Notes under the pieces: model-generated
Databases searched by the model: none
Told to the model about the DNA's origin: nothing
Seen by the model: only the letters and a program-made list of their open reading frames with translations
Assembly (NCBI GenBank): GCA_963700285.1
Contig: CAVOXA010000014.1
Span: 192,001-256,000, forward strand
DNA: 64,000 nt
Source of the DNA: an uncultured Chloroflexia bacterium
Lineage (GTDB): Bacteria; Chloroflexota; Anaerolineae; JAAYZQ01
Reading direction: 5' to 3'
In this document: positions 57,075-64,000 of the stretch, in pieces
Layout: every line of letters starts with the position of its first letter
Position numbering within the stretch: position 1 is the first letter of the stretch
Position numbers and translations under genes: made by a program

Positions 57075-57104
57075 CCTTTGCGCACAACATGACCTTGTGC
57101 TTTC

Positions 57105-57133
57105 ATTCTACCACGCCATGATCGGCCTGTCAA
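57105..57133 (-). promoter_or_regulatory. Sigma70 promoter of the two-component system
   Basis: Minus strand TTGACA-17 bp-TAGAAT with extended TG. Confidence 0.75.
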
Positions 57134-57364
57134 AGGCGGACGCAGGTACACCGGCGATCTGGCTCTGGCTAGCGGCCGTCGCTGGAGAATGTCGAGCGCT
57201 GCTGTGGGACACGGATTGGCGGGATTGACGGAGCTGGGCCGCGGGGGTTGGTACGCGGATCGGCGGCATTGACGAATTTGGACCTCGTCACGGATCTAGG
57301 CCTCGGAGGTCGAAGCCAGACCTCAGAGGTCTTTGCACAGTCTGGCGATGCGTGCAGTGGTATA

Positions 57365-57850
57365 CTACTCAATCAGCGGACGTCCACCCAGTTGGTCAAA
57401 TTGGCGCAGCAACACGGCCAGGTGGATGATGAGAAGGGCCGTCAGGATCTGGGCCACGGCATCCAGCCAGCCCACAGGTAGGACCTCTCCGGCCATGGGT
57501 CCGAAGAAGGGGATACCGACCGTGCGCGTAGCGACCCATAGGGCTATAGCAAGGGCGCTGCCGGCGATACCCGCCCAGAGCCAGGCTCGCTTGGGTTCGC
57601 CGACGGCCAGGACCATGGAGTACATGACTTGTAGCACGGCGACGAGAATAAAGAACACGCCATAACCCAGCCATTGGTCAAAGTAGAGCGGTGTGGCCAG
57701 GACATGGATCAGGCCCAGTGACGCAGCCAGGATGATGGCCCGGATCAGCCAGGTACGGGGCTTCAAGTGTGCACTGATCATCTCATCCATTTTGGGCTCC
57801 AGGGAACTGGTCCCGTTGGTACTGGGCTCGATGGGCATTGTCTCGCTCAT
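57365..57850 (-). CDS. Four-TM hypothetical membrane protein
   Basis: Hydrophobic helices, GLIH and TRTVGIP motifs, AAGGAG RBS. Confidence 0.7.
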   Translation of the reverse strand: MSETMPIEPSTNGTSSLEPKMDEMISAHLKPRTWLIRAIILAASLGLIHVLATPLYFDQWLGYGVFFILVAVLQVMYSMVLAVGEPKRAWLWAGIAGSALAIALWVATRTVGIPFFGPMAGEVLPVGWLDAVAQILTALLIIHLAVLLRQFDQLGGRPLIE

Positions 57851-58212
57851 TTTGGGCTCCTTTAAGATAGTCTGTGACCACACAGCGGACTGCTCAAGGC
57901 CTGCTTTGTGTTTGCGCCATGTTGAACCTCCGGCCAATGGGAGGAAGATCGCCCTTCACTCTGCTGCACGGAGGAAGCACTCCTCCACCTACTCTCCAGA
58001 CGATCCTAGCGCGGGATTTCTTACCTCAATTGCCCCATTTCGCCCTCGGCCTGGCATACGAGAAGCAGGAGTATTACTGCGTACCTGATCGTGCGCTAGT
58101 ATTGCTGTAGGAAAGCATAGGCAGGCAGATGGAAGTCTGGATTCAGTTGACAGGGCCAGGCAGCTATGACATAATGCTCCTGCTTGGACCCAATCGCTTT
58201 GAAGGAGGAGCC

Positions 58213-59187
58213 ATGAGCATCATCGATAGACTCCTGAGATCGGCTGAAGCGTCGGTGCGGCTCAGGATGCAGCTTGGCGTCCTGGGCCGCGACCCAAACA
58301 CGACCGAGATCGGCGCGCTGCGGGAGGAGGTTCGCAGCTCGGACCGGGTACGGACCCTACTCTCCGGACGGGACGCAGAGGGCCGGATTCCAGGCTCCGT
58401 GTATAGCAAGTGGACCGGCGCCCACTGGGTCCTGGCTGCCCTGGCCGACTTGGGCTACCCGCCAGGCGACGAGTCGCTGGTTCCACTGCGGGAACAGGAG
58501 ATGGACTGGCTGCTGGGCGAAAGGCACCAGCAGCGGATCCGGAGCATCTCGGGCCGGGTGCGCCGCTGTGCCTCGCAGGAAGGGAACGCGCTGTACGCCC
58601 TGCTGGCCCTGGGCCTGGCCGATGAACGCGCGGTTGAGCTAGCCCGGCGGCTGGCCGGCTGGCAATGGCCCGACGGCGGCTGGAACTGCGACAAGAACCC
58701 GGCAGCCGTCCACTCGTCGTTCATGGAGAGCCTGATCCCGCTGCGAGGGCTAGCGCTGCACGCCCAGGTCACCGGCAGCCTGGCCTCAAAGGAGGCAGCA
58801 GACCGCGCGGCCGAGGTTTTTCTCAAGCGCAGGCTATACCGGCGGCAGTCGGACGGGAGCGTCATCCACCCCGGCTTTGTGCGGCTGCACTACCCCTGCT
58901 ACTGGCACTATGACATTCTGTTTGGGCTCAAAGTCCTGGCCGAGGGCGGCTACATCGACGACGAACGATGCCGGGATGCCCTGGACCTGCTGGAATCGAA
59001 ACGCCTGCTGGACGGGGGCTTTCCGGCGGAGAACAAGTACTACCAGGCCGGTAGCGGGGCTCGCAGCGGGCGGTCGCTGGTCGACTGGGGCGGCACAAGC
59101 AAACGGCACCTGAATGAATGGGTGACAGCGGACGCGCTCTATGTGCTGCAGGCGGCCGGTCGCCTGGACAGCGCGCCGTCGCCGTGA
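58213..59187 (+). CDS. Hypothetical protein with prenyltransferase/squalene-cyclase-like repeats
   Basis: QWPDGGWNC, YPCYWHYDIL, DGGFPAE; GGAGGAG RBS. Confidence 0.7.
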   Translation: MSIIDRLLRSAEASVRLRMQLGVLGRDPNTTEIGALREEVRSSDRVRTLLSGRDAEGRIPGSVYSKWTGAHWVLAALADLGYPPGDESLVPLREQEMDWLLGERHQQRIRSISGRVRRCASQEGNALYALLALGLADERAVELARRLAGWQWPDGGWNCDKNPAAVHSSFMESLIPLRGLALHAQVTGSLASKEAADRAAEVFLKRRLYRRQSDGSVIHPGFVRLHYPCYWHYDILFGLKVLAEGGYIDDERCRDALDLLESKRLLDGGFPAENKYYQAGSGARSGRSLVDWGGTSKRHLNEWVTADALYVLQAAGRLDSAPSP

Positions 59188-59328
59188 CTGGAAGCAGGCC
59201 GGATTCTCAGCGGACTGCAACTTGATGGGGCACTGCTACATAGCCCAAACTCTTGGAAAAAGTACGCCCAAATTACCGACCCAGAGGCGCGGCGAAACCT
59301 GCGCTTGCCGCGCCTGGGATCGCAGCCA

Positions 59329-60915
59329 TTACCAGCGCTTCCCGACATGGGGCAGGTAGGTACGGCCGCCGGGCACGATGACGGTCAGGGTCGGATCGTA
59401 TACCTTTACTACGCTGGTGCCACTTTGGCGCCTGGCAAGGAAGAAGAATTTGTGGGTACCCGCCTTCACCGGCCGGCGCAGCGTGAGGGCGACCGACTTG
59501 TCAGTCCCATCGCCAGTGTCATTGTAGACGTTGACCCAGCGATCGGCGTTGGGATCGCCGGCAGTATCGTCGATGCCGATGCGAAAGTCGGCCTCGTACG
59601 GGCCATCCTGGCGGCCCAGGGAGGCGTCGGCAAAAAAGAACACCCAACCATCCTGCGGCACCGTCATCGTGCACTGGCGCATCACGTCAAACGTGCCGGA
59701 CGTGGTGGTCCAACTCAGATTACCCGAGGCCCCACACGCCTTGGCCACGAGGCTGGAGGCAGGGATGTAGAGGACGGTGAGCGTCGGGTCATAGACCCGC
59801 ACGCTCGCGCTGCCCACGGAGCGCCTGCCCAGCGAGTAGAAGGTATAGTTGCCGGCGGCGACCTGTTTGTAGACCGAGAGCGCGTACGACCTATCGGTAC
59901 CGTCCCCGTTGTCGGTCCAGACGTCAACCCAGCGGTCGATATCGTCATCGCCTGCGGTGTTGTTGATCCCGATGCGAAAGTTGGCCTCGTACGGGCCGTC
60001 CTGCCTGGACACCGATCCGTTGGCCGCGATAAAGAGCCAGCCAGGCTCGGGAAGGGAGAGGGCGCACTGGCGCATTACCTCAAAGGTGCCAGAGTTGGTG
60101 GTCCAGTTGGCGTTGCCCGACGCTCCACAGATGCGGGTCTGGCTGGTGGTGGCGGGCACAAACACCACGGTCAGGGTTGGGTCGTACAGGAGCAGGGTTC
60201 CCGACCCGCCATACCTCCGGCCGAGGAAGTAGAAAGTATGGTTGCCGGCCGAGATCGGCTTCAGCACCGAGAGGGCCAGCGTCTCATCCGACCCATCGCC
60301 TGCGTCATCGTAGATGTTGACCCAACGATCGACATTTTCGTCGCCGGCGGTGCTGTCGATGTCGACGCGGAACTGGCCCTCGTAGGGGCCATCCGTCCTG
60401 GCCACCGATCCAGTGGCGCTGATAAAGACTGAGCCATCGCTGGGCACCCGCAGGGTACAGTAGTGGATCACCTGAAAGTCGCCGGAGGTGGTGGTCCAGT
60501 CCAGGTTGGCTTGCTGGCCGCAGGTGAGGAGGCCACCGGCAGCGGCCAGCAGCGCGGCTTCGCCGGCCGGCAGCACTCCTTCGGGGGCCCCCCCGTCGTT
60601 CTTGGATCCCGGAGTGGGCAGGGTGACCTCCGCCTCCTCAGGAACCACCGCCTGGGGATCCTGAGGGCCGCCGGCCGCGTTCTTGCCGGCAGGCGAGAGG
60701 TCCAACTGCGCACCACCGGCACCGGGCAACGCGGAGGGAGCAGAGCCGGGCCCGGCATCGAATACAGCATTCTTGTCGGCCGGTTCGGGCGGCTGGGCCG
60801 CATCAGCCGTCACCGACGGCAGCCCCGCCAGAGGGACGAGGACCATGACCCCGGCGAGGGTCCAGGCGAGCAAAAAGCGCTTGAATTGAGCCGTATGCAA
60901 GTACCTCACGGTCAC
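59329..60915 (-). CDS. Secreted protein with three tandem ~134-aa beta-rich repeats and a C-terminal YLPxV motif
   Basis: Signal peptide; three CG..NxxWTTxSGxFxV..DRWV..DGxD..YDPTLTV units; ends TYLPHVGKRW. Confidence 0.8.
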   Translation of the reverse strand: MTVRYLHTAQFKRFLLAWTLAGVMVLVPLAGLPSVTADAAQPPEPADKNAVFDAGPGSAPSALPGAGGAQLDLSPAGKNAAGGPQDPQAVVPEEAEVTLPTPGSKNDGGAPEGVLPAGEAALLAAAGGLLTCGQQANLDWTTTSGDFQVIHYCTLRVPSDGSVFISATGSVARTDGPYEGQFRVDIDSTAGDENVDRWVNIYDDAGDGSDETLALSVLKPISAGNHTFYFLGRRYGGSGTLLLYDPTLTVVFVPATTSQTRICGASGNANWTTNSGTFEVMRQCALSLPEPGWLFIAANGSVSRQDGPYEANFRIGINNTAGDDDIDRWVDVWTDNGDGTDRSYALSVYKQVAAGNYTFYSLGRRSVGSASVRVYDPTLTVLYIPASSLVAKACGASGNLSWTTTSGTFDVMRQCTMTVPQDGWVFFFADASLGRQDGPYEADFRIGIDDTAGDPNADRWVNVYNDTGDGTDKSVALTLRRPVKAGTHKFFFLARRQSGTSVVKVYDPTLTVIVPGGRTYLPHVGKRW

Positions 60916-61632
60916 TCTCCTTCCCTATTCGAATGGTTCTAACCATGGACAAGCGCCGATGGTTGCCCCGCAGCGGAGGCGCCGCCGTCGACCCTGGGCA
61001 GCTCTCCTGCTGCAGGAGCCGGGTTGGGAAAACCGGCCTACTTCCTACCGGAATCGGTGGTGCGGCGCGCCGGTTCCCAGCCGGGCGTGCCCGTCATTCA
61101 TTATACTACACTGCGTACACACGCGCAAACCATGGCGGGAGGGCTGGGATGCCGGCAGGGTGGTACGTTGCGGTTCGCGGCCATGGCAGAGCCAGCCCCT
61201 GCTGCCGCCAGATCCCGCACCGGGTTGCTGGGATGTTCGCCCTCTACCGCGCTTTCCTGACCGGGGTACGGAAAGGACGAACATGGTGCACGATTCGTAC
61301 AGTATCATCTGCACCCTTGCCCACGAAGGATTCGAGGCATGCCTGCAGCTCGATCAGGCGACCCTTGGCATGGGGCTGGAGGTTTGCCCCAGGACCTGAT
61401 CGCATTTATAATCTGGGAAGGCTATGGCTTCAGTTCAAGGGTACAGGTTGGAGTAAATCAGGACAAGGAGAAATCGAGATTTTGGGCCGGCGCCCGCTCG
61501 CCGCAAGATTATACCACGGATCCGCCGTTCGCACACGGATAGCCTTGCCAACCAGAACAGCCTCTTGATCCAAGGCTTCCCAACCCTTGGGGGCGGGTTC
61601 GGCAGTGCCCCTCGAATCCGTTTTGCCCCGAG

Positions 61633-61661
61633 TTGCGGACCCCCTGCAAGCGTGGTATACT
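61633..61661 (+). promoter_or_regulatory. Sigma70 promoter of the peptidase genes
   Basis: TTGCGG-17 bp-TATACT with extended TG. Confidence 0.55.
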
Positions 61662-61757
61662 GCCTCAACGCTCCAATCGACGCAAGTCAGAAGCTGGACC
61701 AGGCAAGATGCGCAGACGCGGTTCAGCCCCATTGTGAGGAAGGAGGGATGACCAGCG

Positions 61758-63643
61758 ATGAAACAGCGTCACACCGTCAAGTATCCCATCTCCCGCTATC
61801 TCAATGCCCGTTCCGCCTATTGCCCCAGCATTGCGCCGGATGGCCAACGGATGGCCTTCATCTCGGACATCACCGGCGTGCCCCAGGCCTGGCTGGTGCG
61901 GCTTGCCCCCGGCGTCGACGAGGTGCTGTGGCCAGACCAGCTCACCTTCGGGGCGGACCGCGTCACGGGCCTGTGGTTCTCCCCCGCGCAGCAGGACCCC
62001 CGGCTCATCTTCTCCCGGGACGCTGGTGGGAACGAGAAGGAACAGCTAAGCCTGCTTGACACCGATGATGGTACCGAGGTCCCACTGACGGCCGGCCACG
62101 AAGGCGCCGTACACCGATTTGGCGGCTGGTCTAACGATGGGACTCGGATTCTGTTCGCTGCCAACCGGCGAGATCAGGGCCTGTTTGACCTCTATCTGCA
62201 GGCCCTGGACGGCGGCGCCCACCTGCTGTGGGAGAACAACGAACCTGGGTACCTGTCCAACATCTCTTTCTCACCGGATGGCAGCCGTGCCGTGATGACG
62301 CGCGTGTCCGCCAGCTTTCGTCACGACCTGATCGAGGTAGACCTGGACGCTGGCACCACACGCCTCATTTGTGCCAGTCAGGAAGATGCGCGCTACGAAG
62401 CAGTGTGTTATGCGCCGGACGGCCGGTCGCTGTTGCTCAATACCGACCTGGCCTCTGATTTTCTGTACATCGCTCGCCTCAAGCTGGACGATATGAGTAT
62501 CGAGGCCGTGGTCTCGCTGGACTGGGACGCCGAATTGATGACCCTTTCTCCCGACGGGCGCAGCGTGGCCTACACCCTCAATGTGGAAGGGGCATCGGAG
62601 CTGGCCCTGTTTGATCTCACGAGAGGGGAGACGCGGGTCGCGCCAGGGATGGGAACAAGCCGGGAAGAGGGCACCACACCAGGTGTGGTGGGCATGACAG
62701 ACGGCCGCTTGGCCTTTGCGCCCGATTCGCGCAGCCTGGCCTACGCGTTCGCCAGTGCTACGCGAGCCTCTGACGTCTTGTCTGGGACCTGGAGGAGGAC
62801 CGGGTCCGGGCCGTGACCCGGTCCTCCCACGGAGGGATTCCGGTCGACGCGTTCGTGGCTCCGGAACTGGTCCGCTTTCCCACTTTTGATGAGGTGGCTC
62901 CGGGCGAGGTACGAGAGATCCCCGCCTGGTTCTACAGGCCAGCGGAGCGTCGCGGCACCCAGATGCCGGTCGTCGTCTATGTTCACGGCGGCCCTGCAAG
63001 CCAATTCCGGCCGGATTTCCTCCCGTTGCTCCAGTATTTTTTGCAGAAAGGGTACGCGGTGTTTGCTCCCAACGTGCGCGGCTCCACGGGCTACGGCAAG
63101 GCCTACGCCAGCCTGGACGACGTGGAGAAGCGCATGGACTCGGTGGCGGATCTGGGCCACGCGGCCCGCTGGCTCAAGGGCCAGCCTGACGTAGACGGGG
63201 ATCGCCTGGCGATCTATGGCCGCAGCTATGGCGGGTTCATGGTGCTGTCGGCCGTGGCCACCTACCCGGACCTGTGGGCGGCGGCCGTCGACGTCGTGGG
63301 CATCAGCAATTGGGTCACTTTCCTGGAGAACACCAGCGGCTACCGGCGAGCGCATCGCGAGGCCGAGTACGGCAGCCTGGCTACCGACCGCGAGTTTCTG
63401 AGGACGATCTCGCCCATCCACCAGGTCGACAGGATGGTGACCCCCATGCTGGTGATCCACGGCGCCAACGATCCGCGGGTGCCGGTGAGCGAGACGGAAC
63501 AGATGGCGGCAGCCCTGGCTCAGCGGGGCGTCCCGGTTGAGTTCTTGGTGTTTGACGACGAAGGGCACAAACTGGCGAAACTCAAGAACAAGCTGGTAGC
63601 CGATGCCGCGGTCGCGGATTTTTTGGACAAGTATCTCGCGTGA
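61758..63643 (+). CDS. S9 family (acylaminoacyl/prolyl oligo) peptidase, one frameshift near 62780
   Basis: SPDG propeller repeats; HGGP, PNVRGSTGYG, GRSYGG nucleophile, ANDPRVP, DEGH. Confidence 0.9.
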
Positions 63644-63722
63644 CCTGTAGCGAAAGGGCGGGGTGACCCCGCCCCTACGGGCTGCTTTTTGGGTTCACAA
63701 TTCACAAAGAGGGAGGCGCTTG

Positions 63723-64000
63723 ATGCCTGATGTCCGGTTTGACACGTTCTACCGCTATGACGATCTGACGCGTATCCTGGAGGCATTTGTTGCAGAATAC
63801 CCCCAACTCATGAAGCTGGAGAGCATTGGCCAGAGCTACGAGGGGCGCGACATTTGGTCAGTCACGGTGACCAACCTGGAGACGGGCGAAGCCGAGGACA
63901 AGCCTGCGCTGTGGGTGGATGGCAACATTCACGCCACAGAGCTTGCCCCAGGGACCGCCTGCCTTTACCTGCTCCAGAAGTTGGCCACGGGCTACGGCAC
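63723..64000 (+). CDS. M14 zinc carboxypeptidase, N-terminal part (runs off the window edge)
   Basis: MPDVRFDTFYRYDDL..SIGQSYEGRDIW..VDGNIHATE (HxxE). Confidence 0.88.
   Translation, partial: MPDVRFDTFYRYDDLTRILEAFVAEYPQLMKLESIGQSYEGRDIWSVTVTNLETGEAEDKPALWVDGNIHATELAPGTACLYLLQKLATGYG

Overview
GC-rich bacterial chromosomal window. It is most consistent with an anaerobic Chloroflexota (Anaerolineae-like) genome from a long-read assembly; this is inferred from gene families and a C-terminal YLPxV-type motif. From left to right: (1) a partial aldo/keto reductase, tRNA-Asp, a URO-D-family enzyme and a lipoprotein resembling an integron cassette; (2) a SARP/BTAD-NB-ARC-TPR regulator facing a small protein and a lipoprotein hydrolase; (3) two M81/MlrC peptidases flanking an AHL-lactonase-like enzyme, plus a large lipoprotein; (4) a ~16 kb frameshift-riddled defence island: SNF2 helicase, Phd-like antitoxin, large N6-adenine methyltransferase, antitoxin/PIN toxin, ~2.5 kb of unreadable sequence, then a DEAD/DEAH helicase fused to DUF1998 and a DUF559-like nuclease. 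This looks like a compact DISARM-class-1-like system without DrmC; (5) an HhH-repeat plus Ig-LysM operon with a structured leader, bracketed by a duplicated sulfatase 3' end; (6) a sulfatase, a flavin disulfide oxidoreductase, a USP, and a ~14 kb minus-strand Fe-S/metal cluster resembling the Orange-protein locus, headed by PadR and a NarL-type two-component system; four promoters here share a palindrome overlapping the -35; (7) secreted and membrane proteins and two peptidases. Many frameshifts are probably sequencing errors, so gene boundaries in 15.8-31 kb are approximate.
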